Counted from the first letter of the stretch, positions 19,246 through 29,980 are shown. The stretch is 64,000 bases of DNA from an uncultured Desulfatitalea sp. (GCA_963668675.2 CAXXMB010000002.1:1344001-1408000); one strand, 5' to 3'. Numbers and translations are program-made. Notes: generated by a model from the sequence alone, not told the origin.

Positions 19246-22200
19246 CTATTCGGGCGGGGCGGCCGTTACGCGCCGACGCAAAGTGACCTTTTTCCAGCCG
19301 CCATCCCTGCCCAGGCATTGCCAGGCCCATTTCAACCAACCCAGCAACGACCAAGCCAACCACAGGGACCACACCAGCATCAGCAGATGAAACACCCAAA
19401 CCGGCAAAGTCATCATCCAGGGTTGGGGCATGCGCTCTTTGATCTGGTCCTGAGTCCAGTTCAACACCAGGTGATTCGATTGGTTGCCGGCGATCTGCAT
19501 CTCCGGCTCTCCGACCAATCCCGCTTTGACAGCGGCAAACAGGGCCATCAACGCCACCAGGGTCCAGAGGACCAATCCAACCTGGACCCCATTGAACGGC
19601 AGCCAATGCCCCGGCATGGCCACCTTTGACCTCAGGCCCAGAACCACGATCCAGCCCACGATCAGCAGCGCCATCGCCGTCGGAATCTGGGTCAACCCCA
19701 GAAGCAGCAGCAGCCAGTGCCAGCTCTTCAAAGGGGTTAGCGGCAGACGCCCCAGCACCAGCGATAGCAGAATGATCGCGATGACATAACTCCAAAAAAG
19801 CACCGCCGGGCCCCATCTGGGACCACCGACCATTAAAATCCAACGCTGGTCCGGCACATTCACGGTCACCTTGGCATTGACCGCCGCTTGGCCGACCTTC
19901 ACCTCCGGCACCTTGAAAAAGGTGCTGAACGAGGATAAATGGTGCCACTGGATACCCACCTTCTGACTACCCGGCTGCAAAGGAACCGTCACGTAAGATC
20001 CATCCTGCCGCACGGGAAGATTTTTACCGTTCACCTCCACCCGTTGCAGATTGGCCTTGGGTGGAAGCTCTACCGTATGTTGGCCGCCCCGGCTGGTGCG
20101 AAGATCAAGGGTAAGCGCCCCCTGCCCGAAACGTTGACCGGGTGTCACCACCAAAGCGACACCGTCGATGGTTTTCGTCTGGCCGGACACAGCCGCCGGA
20201 CGATGGACCCGGATGGTCACCCGCTCACCCGGCCAGGGCTGCCATTGCGGCTGCCACTGACCCGAGGCGTCCTGATGGTGAACGGCGGCAATTCCGTCCG
20301 TTTCGCAATGCCAGATGGCAGCGGCGTCCAATACCCAGGTTTCAGTCCATGGAACAGCCCTTGGCGCTGCCAGCTCAATTGGCGAAGCGATCTTCAGCAC
20401 GGAGCTGAACGACGCCACCCGCTGGGAAGGCGCCATGTTGATCAGGGCTTGCCCCTGATCTACCTGAATGCCGGCCGTGGTGACCGATTCGTTCGCAACC
20501 AATGGAAGGGTCACCACAATGGGTGTACCCGTGGGAGTCAGGCGGGTCAACGTGGTGGCCACCTTCCATGAGAGTCCCAGATGCAGCACCCGCTCCACCT
20601 TTAAAAAGGGCGGCAGCCCGTTTGCAGGCAGCTCTTCCTTTCGTGAACGATCGGACTGCAGGCGGGTCAGTTGAATAGAGGCACCGGCCCTGCCCTCCGT
20701 GTCGATGCCGTCCAGGCGCCAGCCCTGTACACTATAGGAGGCGTTGTGCGGCCGAAGCGGAAGCGGCAGCTGGATGGCGGCCGCATCGCCGGCATCACCG
20801 GTGAGCACCACCGTATGCACACCGGATGGCACCAATGCCCACATCTGACCGTCATTCGCCAAGCGCAATCCGCTGATCGGCGCATTGTCGAGCAATATCT
20901 GCTCCGGCACCCACGACTTTCGATTGACAGGCAACGGTACGGCCATCCGGTCGGCGCAGTGGATCTTCATCATCAGCTGCACATCGTCCCCGGAAGCCAC
21001 CACCTCCATGCGAGCGATCTCGGCGCAATGGGGCAGGCAATCAGGTTTTTCAAGCAACCTCTGGCGCAACTCGTCGAGAAGTTCAGCCGGCGGATAAGCA
21101 ACAGACTCGGCCGCACTGGGACCGGGTCGCAATAGAGCACCGCACAGGACAACCAGCAGCACAACCGCTGCCACATCGAGTCGCTCGCGCATTCGCTGCC
21201 ACCAAGGCTGCCACCAGGATCTCCGTCCGATCAGAACCCAGATCAACACGACCACCAGGCCGGCCCTGGCCAGAGAGAGCAACAGATTCACCAAAGGGGA
21301 GAGCAGATAAAATCGAACCGGCTGCTCTTTGGCCACCGGCCCACTCCACCCCAGCCGGACTGATCGCCACTTCCAGTCGGGCAATCCGGGCCCGGTGGGA
21401 ATCAGCGCATCCGGATCGTGGACATCCAGTTCCCCCCCTTTCTCGGTCGCCGCGACGGAGAGAGACGCCATCGGTCCTGCGGGTTTCATCGCCTTTTTCC
21501 GGCTGACCGCTCCATCGACCGCACGCTCCTCCATGGGAGCCGACGCAAGCCGCATTCCAGCAGGCGTGGTGTAATCGCTGCGCGGTGCCAACTGAGGATA
21601 GACCCCCCAGCGAATTTGCTGCACCATGAAGGGAACGGCGATCACCAACAACGCAGCCACAGCGCCGATGCCCCACAACACCACCAGACGTCGGAACCAC
21701 CCGACCGGCAGTAGCGGCATCAACGCCAATACGGCCAATATATGAAGCCATATCAGGCGCGGGGCTCCCGGCTCGTGCCAGATCAGCACCAGCGTCACCA
21801 ATGCCACCAGGCCCCACGGCCACGAACGCAACTTGACGATCGCCAGTGCGATGATCAACAACAGGAAAAAATCCAGCAGGGACCAGCGCTGCAGCCAGGC
21901 ATCCGAGACCCGGTCCACACCGGCCGCCGCAAACAGGCGCCACCCCGGCGGCAGGTTCAGCACGCCGGCCACTGTCTGGAAATCGTGGTCCCATCCCACG
22001 ATGGACATGGTCTCGGACCTGTCGGGCAGACGGGCATCGGCTTCTAAGCTAAGATGGCCGCGCCGCAACTCGACGCCCATCTTCTTCTCCGGCCCCTGCT
22101 CGGTAATCACCCGCTCCCGGCCGGCCACGGCAACGCGCCCCAACGCCACCGGCGCATTGACTGCCAACGACCACTGGCGGCTCAGCGTGCCGTTGACCGT

Positions 22201-23298
22201 ATCGTGCAGCGTAAATCCGGCGCCATCGAAATCGAGCCACCACGTACGGGTCAGAGAGAGCTGGTCGGGCGCCGGGTCAGGATCCCCCCGACGAATCTCC
22301 TTCAGGGTCATGGCGCTGCCGGCCTTTATGGAATAGGCTGGATAGCTACGCCAAGCCGCCGGCATCTCCGTCTGGCTCGGCTCCAGCGGCGGCACATCGA
22401 GCACCTCCACCATACGCTGGGCATGCCTCGGTTGAAACGACCATATCTCGTCCCCGAAAGGGCACTTCCCGGCACTGATTTTGTGCTGGGGACCAGCCAT
22501 GCGAGCGATGACGGCAATCTCCCATCTCCCGGCTCTCGCCTGCACGGTCAAGCTCCCCTTGGCATCCAACCGGACCGGCAGGGGGCTCTTCACCGCCATG
22601 GGCGTGCTATTCCCCATCAAAACGTCTTTCAACACAACTTCGCGTGGATTGCCTGAGACATCCAACCGCAACAGCGTGGTCACCTGCATGGGAATGGTGT
22701 CGTCCAGCAGACGGAAAATACGCACCCCGAGCCGATCCTCATCGCGACTCGTGCCCTGACCCTCTTGAAGCCACAGGCGCCCCTGGTCGTCAATGGCGAC
22801 CGACCGAACCCTACGACCGCCGATGGTGAGATTGAGCAGGCCAAGCGCCGGCGGCACCTGGATCATCTCCGGGACCCGCCGCCATGTAAAGCGCCCCATG
22901 ATACGATGCTCGCCAGGCAACAGTCGCACCATGGGCGCACCGCCACGATTGATCACCGCCGCGGATTGACCATCCACAGTAACGCTGTCAGGCCAAAGCG
23001 CCTGGCTGCCCGGCAAGGCAGCCCACCCTTCGGCAAAGGCCAGCCAACGCTGCTCGAAGGCACACCCATTGTTCTCAACCTCCAATTCAAGCCGCGAAGG
23101 CCACTGGCACCTCGTCGCAGCGCCGTTGTCATAGTCCGTAGGGCAAAGCGCCTCTTCATGGCCTTGGAGCACCCACGACTGCCAAGCATCGAGCCCGGAA
23201 GGAATCCCGCCCGGCCCTACAGCCGCAACAGCCAACGAGCAGACCGCCAAGAACAGATAGAAGCAAATGAAAACGTAACCTGCCAATCGATTCATCAT
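19246..23298 (-). CDS. Large hypothetical membrane protein (1350 aa)
   Basis: Signal peptide; beta-rich Trp/Pro-rich soluble regions alternating with multi-TM blocks; no catalytic motif recognised. Confidence 0.85.
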   Translation of the reverse strand: MMNRLAGYVFICFYLFLAVCSLAVAAVGPGGIPSGLDAWQSWVLQGHEEALCPTDYDNGAATRCQWPSRLELEVENNGCAFEQRWLAFAEGWAALPGSQALWPDSVTVDGQSAAVINRGGAPMVRLLPGEHRIMGRFTWRRVPEMIQVPPALGLLNLTIGGRRVRSVAIDDQGRLWLQEGQGTSRDEDRLGVRIFRLLDDTIPMQVTTLLRLDVSGNPREVVLKDVLMGNSTPMAVKSPLPVRLDAKGSLTVQARAGRWEIAVIARMAGPQHKISAGKCPFGDEIWSFQPRHAQRMVEVLDVPPLEPSQTEMPAAWRSYPAYSIKAGSAMTLKEIRRGDPDPAPDQLSLTRTWWLDFDGAGFTLHDTVNGTLSRQWSLAVNAPVALGRVAVAGRERVITEQGPEKKMGVELRRGHLSLEADARLPDRSETMSIVGWDHDFQTVAGVLNLPPGWRLFAAAGVDRVSDAWLQRWSLLDFFLLLIIALAIVKLRSWPWGLVALVTLVLIWHEPGAPRLIWLHILAVLALMPLLPVGWFRRLVVLWGIGAVAALLVIAVPFMVQQIRWGVYPQLAPRSDYTTPAGMRLASAPMEERAVDGAVSRKKAMKPAGPMASLSVAATEKGGELDVHDPDALIPTGPGLPDWKWRSVRLGWSGPVAKEQPVRFYLLSPLVNLLLSLARAGLVVVLIWVLIGRRSWWQPWWQRMRERLDVAAVVLLVVLCGALLRPGPSAAESVAYPPAELLDELRQRLLEKPDCLPHCAEIARMEVVASGDDVQLMMKIHCADRMAVPLPVNRKSWVPEQILLDNAPISGLRLANDGQMWALVPSGVHTVVLTGDAGDAAAIQLPLPLRPHNASYSVQGWRLDGIDTEGRAGASIQLTRLQSDRSRKEELPANGLPPFLKVERVLHLGLSWKVATTLTRLTPTGTPIVVTLPLVANESVTTAGIQVDQGQALINMAPSQRVASFSSVLKIASPIELAAPRAVPWTETWVLDAAAIWHCETDGIAAVHHQDASGQWQPQWQPWPGERVTIRVHRPAAVSGQTKTIDGVALVVTPGQRFGQGALTLDLRTSRGGQHTVELPPKANLQRVEVNGKNLPVRQDGSYVTVPLQPGSQKVGIQWHHLSSFSTFFKVPEVKVGQAAVNAKVTVNVPDQRWILMVGGPRWGPAVLFWSYVIAIILLSLVLGRLPLTPLKSWHWLLLLLGLTQIPTAMALLIVGWIVVLGLRSKVAMPGHWLPFNGVQVGLVLWTLVALMALFAAVKAGLVGEPEMQIAGNQSNHLVLNWTQDQIKERMPQPWMMTLPVWVFHLLMLVWSLWLAWSLLGWLKWAWQCLGRDGGWKKVTLRRRVTAAPPE

Positions 23299-23463
23299 GT
23301 TGAAGCCTTTGTCGTTGTTTCTGTCAATGCCGGCCCGATGTTGCTGGCGGCCCTGAAAAGAACGGATCTTTTAGATAAACACTGCACATCGATAGTGTTT
23401 TACCAGGGTAAGCCGTGAATTGGGTTCATTTTAACCGTAAACACCAAAACATCAAACCGATTT

Positions 23464-24426
23464 TTAGATCCGGAGCCCTTCACTCCCCACCCGCTGCCGC
23501 CTCTGATACCATATGACCGCCTCCTTTAATGAGGCCTCGAAAGGCGTCGGGTCGTATCCCATACCAAAGGCCGTTAGGCTCTCCAGCGAACAATCGGGCG
23601 ATCGAACAAACGGTAAATCCACGTCGGCAATACGCACCGGACGAATCATGGTCGGCTCAATCTCCAAGGCCTCAGCCACCATCAGCCCCATATCAAAACG
23701 GGACATCCTCGTTCGCCCCCCCAGATGAAGCAGACCTCGCACACGCCCCAACATCGCCAAAAGCCCCCGGGCAGCACTCAAAACGTCTACTGGGGTCCGA
23801 TACTCATCCACAAAAAGGGTCAGGGGACGATTATGAACCACGGCGTCAATCACCTGAGTGGTGAAAGTTGCCTCCGTTTGGGGCCCCCACCCGAAAAGCA
23901 GGGGCAACCGGCAAACCAGGGCCTGTGGACAGTACCGTAGCGCCAACAATTCCGCCGCGGCCTTCTGCCGGCCATATTCACATACCGGATGGGGCACGGC
24001 AGGCTCACTGTAAGGGGCGTTCCGGCCGCTGAACACCAGATCGGTGGAAGTAAAGACCAAATCGCAATCAAAATCGGCGCACATTTGGGCCATATGGCTG
24101 GTAACATCTATGTTGATCCTCGCCGTTTCATCGGGCCGCACCTGGCACTCGTCCACCCGGGATGCCGCAGCAGCATGAACAACCGCCCGGGGCCGCACTT
24201 GCCGGAAGACGGCACTCAACGCATCCAGATCCGTCAGCTCGACCTGCACGAGATGAAGCCCCTCCACCTTTGGCTTTCGGTGACGGTAGAAAGCAAAAAT
24301 TTCCCACTGGTCGTGGGCGACTTCGCACAAAGCATTACCTAACATCCCACCCGCCCCGGTGATGAGCAGACGTGGGATAACTTGTGAATCTCTCAGAGCA
24401 CAAGGCATGGCAAAACTTTCAATCAT
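23464..24426 (-). CDS. RmlD-like extended SDR oxidoreductase
   Basis: LLITGAGGMLG, TSTDLVFSG, YGRQK, DEYRTP; start uncertain. Confidence 0.85.
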   Translation of the reverse strand: MIESFAMPCALRDSQVIPRLLITGAGGMLGNALCEVAHDQWEIFAFYRHRKPKVEGLHLVQVELTDLDALSAVFRQVRPRAVVHAAAASRVDECQVRPDETARINIDVTSHMAQMCADFDCDLVFTSTDLVFSGRNAPYSEPAVPHPVCEYGRQKAAAELLALRYCPQALVCRLPLLFGWGPQTEATFTTQVIDAVVHNRPLTLFVDEYRTPVDVLSAARGLLAMLGRVRGLLHLGGRTRMSRFDMGLMVAEALEIEPTMIRPVRIADVDLPFVRSPDCSLESLTAFGMGYDPTPFEASLKEAVIWYQRRQRVGSEGLRI

Positions 24427-24462
24427 CTAATTAGAAAATGAAAGGGCCAAAGGCAGTATGGA

Positions 24463-24654
24463 GGTGATGTGTACAGGCAGGAGAGCTACCCCATGCCTTT
24501 AGCGGAAATTTTTACTGCTGCTTAGAGGCAGTGGAGGAATAGTGGTCCGCACTGTCTGAGCGCAGCGAGTTTGCGGACCGCCCGGAGCGCCTCTTAGCAG
24601 CAGTTAAAATTTCCAGCGCCGCATGGGGTAGCTCTCCTGCCTGTACACATCACC
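24463..24654. repeat. 192-bp palindromic intergenic element, copy 2
   Basis: 24463-24496 is the exact reverse complement of 24621-24654 (34 bp); shares core with copy 1. Confidence 0.9.
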
Positions 24655-24801
24655 GGTGCACATCCTATGTTGCCATCATTGATAGCCAATGCCAGAACAT
24701 ACTCTCTGATCGACCGATCTCTCAATATCCATCCTTTTATGGTATAGAGAGGCCGTGATCGATAACCACCAACTCTCATCCACAACAGATTGAAACCAAC
24801 A

Positions 24802-25887
24802 ATGAGATCCGCCACCATTGCCTATTTCATCACCGACCACGGCTTCGGCCATGCCAGCAGATCCGCTGCCGTCATGGCAGCCCTGGAACGCATGGTGCCC
24901 GAGGTTAGATTCGAACTCTTCACCACCAGTCCCAGGTGGCTCTATGAAGATTCACTCGCCAACATCTTCGGCTACCATTCGGTGCAGACCGATGTGGGCC
25001 TGGTCCAACTCTCCCCCCTGGACGAAGACCTGGAGGCAACCTGCCGGGCACTACAGAAGTGGCTCCCGTTTGAAGAGGCACTTATCCAGCAGCTGGCTGA
25101 TCAGGTAAATCGGCTCGGATGCCGTCTCGTTATGTGCGACATCTCGGCCCTGGGCATCGCCGTGGCCCGCAAAGCCGGAGTACCATCCGTGCTGGTCGAA
25201 AACTTCACCTGGGATTGGATCTATGCCGCCTATGGGGAGATGTTCCCCGAACTGGTTGGATTTTCAAACGATTTGAACGAGCAATACGACCAAGCCGACA
25301 TGCACATCCAAACCGAACCGCTCTGCAACGACGTCGAAGGCGCCATCCGCTTGGCGCCCATCAGCAGAAGCCCACGAACCCCTCCGTCCATAACCCGGGA
25401 TCAGCTGAGTATCCCCAGCCATGCCAAGATGGTCCTGGTCTCCATGGGTGGGGTGCCGGACCGCTTCCGCTTCCTCGAACAACTACCGGAGGCCATCGCC
25501 CCCTTTATCGTCATCCCCGGCTGCGACCGCCCTGCGATCTCACACCGAAAGGTCATCCAATTGCCGGCCCACTCCCGCTTCTACCATCCCGATCTTTTGG
25601 CGGCTGCGGACCTGCTCATCGGCAAGGCCGGCTACAGTACTGTGGCCGAAGCCTACCATGCGGGCGTGCCTTTCGGCTACGTCGCCCGGTCGCAATCCCC
25701 CGAATCGCACGCACTCGAACAGTTCATCGAAACGCACATGGTATCCCGGCCAATCAGTGCCGAAACCTATTCGGACGGACGATGGCTTCAGAAGCTGCCT
25801 GAACTGCTTGATCTTCGCAAAAAGATCAATGGTGAAGAAAACGGTGCCGATAAGGCAGCCCGCCTCATCGCCGATCAGTACTTATGA
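24802..25887 (+). CDS. GT-B fold glycosyltransferase-like protein
   Basis: YFITDHGFGHASRS, VLVSMGG, DLLIGKAGYSTVAEA. Confidence 0.75.
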   Translation: MRSATIAYFITDHGFGHASRSAAVMAALERMVPEVRFELFTTSPRWLYEDSLANIFGYHSVQTDVGLVQLSPLDEDLEATCRALQKWLPFEEALIQQLADQVNRLGCRLVMCDISALGIAVARKAGVPSVLVENFTWDWIYAAYGEMFPELVGFSNDLNEQYDQADMHIQTEPLCNDVEGAIRLAPISRSPRTPPSITRDQLSIPSHAKMVLVSMGGVPDRFRFLEQLPEAIAPFIVIPGCDRPAISHRKVIQLPAHSRFYHPDLLAAADLLIGKAGYSTVAEAYHAGVPFGYVARSQSPESHALEQFIETHMVSRPISAETYSDGRWLQKLPELLDLRKKINGEENGADKAARLIADQYL

Positions 25888-25981
25888 ACCCAACTCAACT
25901 TTCGGGCTTCGCTTACGCCAAAGACGGAGGTGGTTCCAGCGGGTGGTCTGAACCCCGAAAGTTGATAGCCTGAAAAATAAA

Positions 25982-26833
25982 TCAGAGCTCACGCACCACG
26001 CGATTGGTGAGGGTGCCGACCTTTTCAATCCAGCACGAGACCTCATCCCCCTCCTTGAGCACAATGGGTGGGTCACGGAAAATGCCCACACCGGCCGGAG
26101 TGCCGGTAGCAATCACATCCCCAGGCATCAGGGTGATGTCTTCGCTGATGTCGGCAATAACGGAGGGCAAATCGAAGATCAGATCCCGCGTATGACCATC
26201 CTGCATAATCTGACCGTTGACTCTGGCCGTAAGCCTCAAGTTATGCGGATCGCCGATTTCATCTAAGGTCACCAGGGCCGGCCCCATGGGGGCGAAGGTG
26301 TCGAAAGATTTGCCTCGAAACCACTGGGAATCGGAAAACTGCGCCTCCCGTCCGGACACATCATTCATAACCATCACACCGGCGATATATGCCATCGCCT
26401 GAGAACGGTCGATGCGCTTGCCCCGCTTGCCGATCACCACGGCCAACTCCACCTCCCAGTCGATCTGGCCGGAGCTTTGGGGCAGCAGGATCGAATCGAA
26501 CGGACCGTTGAGCGTGTTGGGCGTTTTACAAAAAATCAGCGGCCGGGTCGGCGCATCGAAGCCACCCTCTTTGGCGTGTTCCTCATAGTTCTTTCCCAGA
26601 CAAATGATCTTAGAGGGGCTTGCGACAGGAGGCCCCCAGCGCTCCTCCGAATGTCGCGCATGGGCAGCAAGATCAACTCCGGCCAGGCGTTCGATCCACC
26701 CTTGACGAAAAAAATCCTCATTGATATCGGGAACTTCTGTGAAAAGGCCCCGCAGATCAACCACATCCTCTCCAATCAACACCCCTGGCCGCTCTTCTCC
26801 CGGCCTTCCCATCCGTATGAGTCTCATCACCAC
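25982..26833 (-). CDS. Fumarylacetoacetate hydrolase family protein
   Basis: KIICLGKNY, DWEVELAVVIG, NDVSGR, GKSFDTFAPMGP, PGDVIATGTPAGVG. Confidence 0.95.
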   Translation of the reverse strand: MVMRLIRMGRPGEERPGVLIGEDVVDLRGLFTEVPDINEDFFRQGWIERLAGVDLAAHARHSEERWGPPVASPSKIICLGKNYEEHAKEGGFDAPTRPLIFCKTPNTLNGPFDSILLPQSSGQIDWEVELAVVIGKRGKRIDRSQAMAYIAGVMVMNDVSGREAQFSDSQWFRGKSFDTFAPMGPALVTLDEIGDPHNLRLTARVNGQIMQDGHTRDLIFDLPSVIADISEDITLMPGDVIATGTPAGVGIFRDPPIVLKEGDEVSCWIEKVGTLTNRVVREL

Positions 26834-27109
26834 CTCGCATAGAGCAACATGTGCGTATAAGTCGAATCGATCCGGCAGCCCATTGCCTCTGTTTCTCTCA
26901 CTCTATGTGCCACGGATCGCCCTCTCTGTAAAGCCGATGGCCGGAAAAGAGTCTCCCCCGAAGGCATATGAGCCAAATCATTAAATATTTCTATAAAATG
27001 ATAGGGTTATATTTGGAATCATCATATCAGATATCCTTTTGACAGAAGCTGGCTTATCAAATTTTTACTTGAATTTTAGCTTGCGCTGTGGAAAATCTGT
27101 AAGGATTCC

Positions 27110-29653
27110 GTGTCCATCTTAGGAGGCCCTGAGACCATGCATAAACCTTTTCCCAAGCCATCATCCACAGCGGCCGATGATCGTAATGGGCCTCAGATCG
27201 AACAGAAATTAAAAAAACTCAGTGAATTGTTCAGCCTTCTGGGATCCGATCACGAGCAGAACATCCATATCATCGTTCAGCAGGCGTGCCAGTTAATAGA
27301 GAGCAGCTGCTCCCTCTACAATCGCATCGACGACCAGCAGGCTTCCCTGGCATGCTGGTCCGGATACAACCTGCCCCCGGGATTTCCACCCAAAGATACG
27401 GCCGAGGGACATATCTGCTACGAAGTTACCCTGAGAGCAGGCAACCAACCCGTCGCACTTGAGGATCTGACCCAGACCCCCTACTTTGAAAGCGACCCGT
27501 ATATCCGGCAGTTTGGCCTGAAAAGCTATCTCGGCTATCCGGTACGCTGTAAAGACAGCATCATCGGCGGTTTGTGCATTGTCGACACAAAAATCCGCAA
27601 ATTCAATGATGTCGACATCTATATCATTGGCACTTTGGCCAAATTCCTCTCCCTCGAAGAGGAGCGCAAGCAGGCCGAAGCAGCCCTGCGCCACAGCGAA
27701 GGCAAACACCGCAAGCTCTATAAGATGATGCGCCTCATGGCCGACAATGTTCCAGACCTGATATGGGCCAAAGACTTGGACGACCGCTACACGTTCGCCA
27801 ACCAGGCGTTATGCGATAAGTTGCTCAAATGCCGTCATCCGGACGAGGCCATCGGCAATACCGAAACCTATTTCGCCCAAAAGGAGCGGGAACTCGGCCA
27901 TCAACACACGTTCCGCCAAGGCGCCATCGACTCGGACGAGATCACCAAGCTGCGAAAATCGGCCGGCCGATTCCTCGAAGAGGGATTGATCCGCAACCAC
28001 TACCTGATCCTAGATGTGCACAAGGCGCCGTTCTGGGACGACAGCGGCCAGTTGATCGGCACCGTGGGATGCGCCCGTGATGTCACCCGGGAGAAACAGA
28101 CTGCCAAGGCGCTCCAGGAGAGCGAACAGCGCTATAAGGAGCTCTACAACAACGCCCCGGTCATGCTCTATTCGCTGGACAGCGAAGACCAGGTCACCAG
28201 TGCGAGCAACCTGTGGCTGGAGACCATGGGCTATACGCGGAAAGAGGTTATCGGGCGCTCCGCCTTCGATTTTTTTACGCCCCAGAGCCGCCGTGACGCC
28301 ATCGAAAACTCATTCCCCACATTCTACAAGTCCGGACAGATCAAAAACCGACCCTATCAATTCATCACCAAAGAGGGCCACATCAAGGATGTGATACTCA
28401 GCGCCATCGCCCAGCGGGATGAGCACGGCAATTATGCCGGGGCACTCGCCTTCGTCGTGGATGTCACCCTCAACAGGGAAGCAGAAAAGGATCAGCGACG
28501 GCTGGCCACACGGCTCCAGCAAGCCCAGAAGATGGACGCCATCGCGACACTGGCCGGTGGAATAGCCCATCAATTCAATAACGCCCTGGCCGTCATCCTC
28601 GGCAACCTTGAACTGATCCAGATGGACGGCCTGGCCGACACCAAAATCTTGCGGTTCGTAGAACCGATCAACCAGGCCGGCCAAAAGATGGTCCAACTGA
28701 CCAGCCAACTGCTCGCCTACGCCCGGGGAGGCAAATTCCAGACCCAAATCATGGCCTCCCACCGCTTCGTGCATGAGACCCTGAGCCTGGTCAACCATAG
28801 CCTTTCACCTTATGTGGAGCTCGAAACCGATCTGGACGAATCGACCGACCCCATAGAAGTTGACAGCACCCAGATGCAGATGCTGCTGGCCGCCATCCTC
28901 TCCAATGCCTCCGAGGCGATCGAAGAAAAGGGCAGTGTGCGTGTCCAACTGTGCAACACCGAGGTTACGCCAGACGACTGCATCAGATATCAAGGCCTCA
29001 AGGCCGGCCGGCATGTGCTGCTCAGCGTCAGCGACAGCGGGAAGGGGATGGATCAGGAGACGCGCGAACGTATCTTCGAACCCTTCTACACCACCAAATT
29101 CCAGGGCCGAGGACTGGGCATGGCCGCTGTGTACGGTATTGTCAAAAAGCACGGCGGATATGTTTATGTGGACTCGGAATTAGGCCAAGGCACCACGGTC
29201 TCCATCTACCTGCCGTGCGCCCAATCCTCATACCCGGCACCGGATGCTGCCGTCAAAGCCCTGCATCAAAGCCAAGGCAGAGGAACGGCCCTCATCATCG
29301 AAGACGAACAGCTCGTCATGGAGGTGAACCGGGCCATCGTCGAAAAACTGGGATACGGCGTTCTGGAAGCCAAATCAGGGAAAGAGGCATTGCGCATCGC
29401 CGAACAGTACGAAGGCACCATCGACTTCGCCCTGTTGGACGTCATCCTGCCGGACATGAGCGGCAACCAAATCTATCCGAAGATAAAAGAGATACGCCCC
29501 GAACTGAAAGTGATCGTCTGCAGCGGTTTCACCCTCGACGGCCCGGCCCGCGAAATCCTAAACGCCGGCGCAGAGAGCTTTCTTCCCAAACCCTTCTCCG
29601 TCGCCGCCCTCTCCCAGGCACTCGAGGACATCCTCGCCAAGAAAGAGGATTAG
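27110..29653 (+). CDS. Cytoplasmic hybrid histidine kinase (GAF-PAS-PAS-HisKA-HATPase-REC)
   Basis: AGGIAHQFNNAL, FEPFYTTKFQGRGLGM, C-terminal receiver (LIIEDE, LLDVILPD, FLPKPF). Confidence 0.93.
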   Translation: MSILGGPETMHKPFPKPSSTAADDRNGPQIEQKLKKLSELFSLLGSDHEQNIHIIVQQACQLIESSCSLYNRIDDQQASLACWSGYNLPPGFPPKDTAEGHICYEVTLRAGNQPVALEDLTQTPYFESDPYIRQFGLKSYLGYPVRCKDSIIGGLCIVDTKIRKFNDVDIYIIGTLAKFLSLEEERKQAEAALRHSEGKHRKLYKMMRLMADNVPDLIWAKDLDDRYTFANQALCDKLLKCRHPDEAIGNTETYFAQKERELGHQHTFRQGAIDSDEITKLRKSAGRFLEEGLIRNHYLILDVHKAPFWDDSGQLIGTVGCARDVTREKQTAKALQESEQRYKELYNNAPVMLYSLDSEDQVTSASNLWLETMGYTRKEVIGRSAFDFFTPQSRRDAIENSFPTFYKSGQIKNRPYQFITKEGHIKDVILSAIAQRDEHGNYAGALAFVVDVTLNREAEKDQRRLATRLQQAQKMDAIATLAGGIAHQFNNALAVILGNLELIQMDGLADTKILRFVEPINQAGQKMVQLTSQLLAYARGGKFQTQIMASHRFVHETLSLVNHSLSPYVELETDLDESTDPIEVDSTQMQMLLAAILSNASEAIEEKGSVRVQLCNTEVTPDDCIRYQGLKAGRHVLLSVSDSGKGMDQETRERIFEPFYTTKFQGRGLGMAAVYGIVKKHGGYVYVDSELGQGTTVSIYLPCAQSSYPAPDAAVKALHQSQGRGTALIIEDEQLVMEVNRAIVEKLGYGVLEAKSGKEALRIAEQYEGTIDFALLDVILPDMSGNQIYPKIKEIRPELKVIVCSGFTLDGPAREILNAGAESFLPKPFSVAALSQALEDILAKKED

Positions 29654-29789
29654 GGTCTCTTCTTTTTTTAGAACGCTGACTTCTTCAGAGGGGTGCCCGC
29701 TCCCTCTACTTATGCGCATAAAAGGCAAACAGCCCTCTTTTATATAGGGCACCGGATAGGAGCAGGTGGCGAAAGAACGAAAAACGAAA

Positions 29790-29865
29790 TGGCAGGCCAG
29801 GAGGGACTCGAACCCCCAACACCCGGATTTGGAGTCCGGTGCTCTACCATTAGAGCTACTGGCCT
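29790..29865 (-). tRNA. tRNA-Trp (anticodon CCA)
   Basis: Reverse complement AGGCCAGTAGCTCTAATGGTAGAGCACCGGACTCCAAATCCGGGTGTTGGGGGTTCGAGTCCCTCCTGGCCTGCCA; 76-nt cloverleaf, GTTCGAG T-loop, encoded CCA end. Confidence 0.97.
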
Positions 29866-29980
29866 GTAGGTTGCAAAGGCCACCTCATAACAGCAGCCAG
29901 AGAATTTATCAAGGCTATGTTCGAACTAAAGAAAAAACAGCAGTAATCCCAATATCCCCCTCAATAGTGTCCGTTGCATC

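Noticed and set aside
15263..24654. CRISPR array interpretation of the repeated core with variable flanks
   Set aside because: Only two copies 9 kb apart, variable parts are self-complementary arms, and no cas genes are present
29660..29790. Integrated element at the tRNA-Trp 3' end
   Set aside because: No integrase and no duplicated tRNA 3' fragment seen in the window
29790..29865. UGA reassigned to Trp (genetic code 4) as the explanation for in-frame TGAs
   Set aside because: The tRNA-Trp here has anticodon CCA, many ordinary genes end in TGA (pilM, pilN, prpE, nrdG), and the interrupted sites sit at Cys-equivalent positions with downstream hairpins
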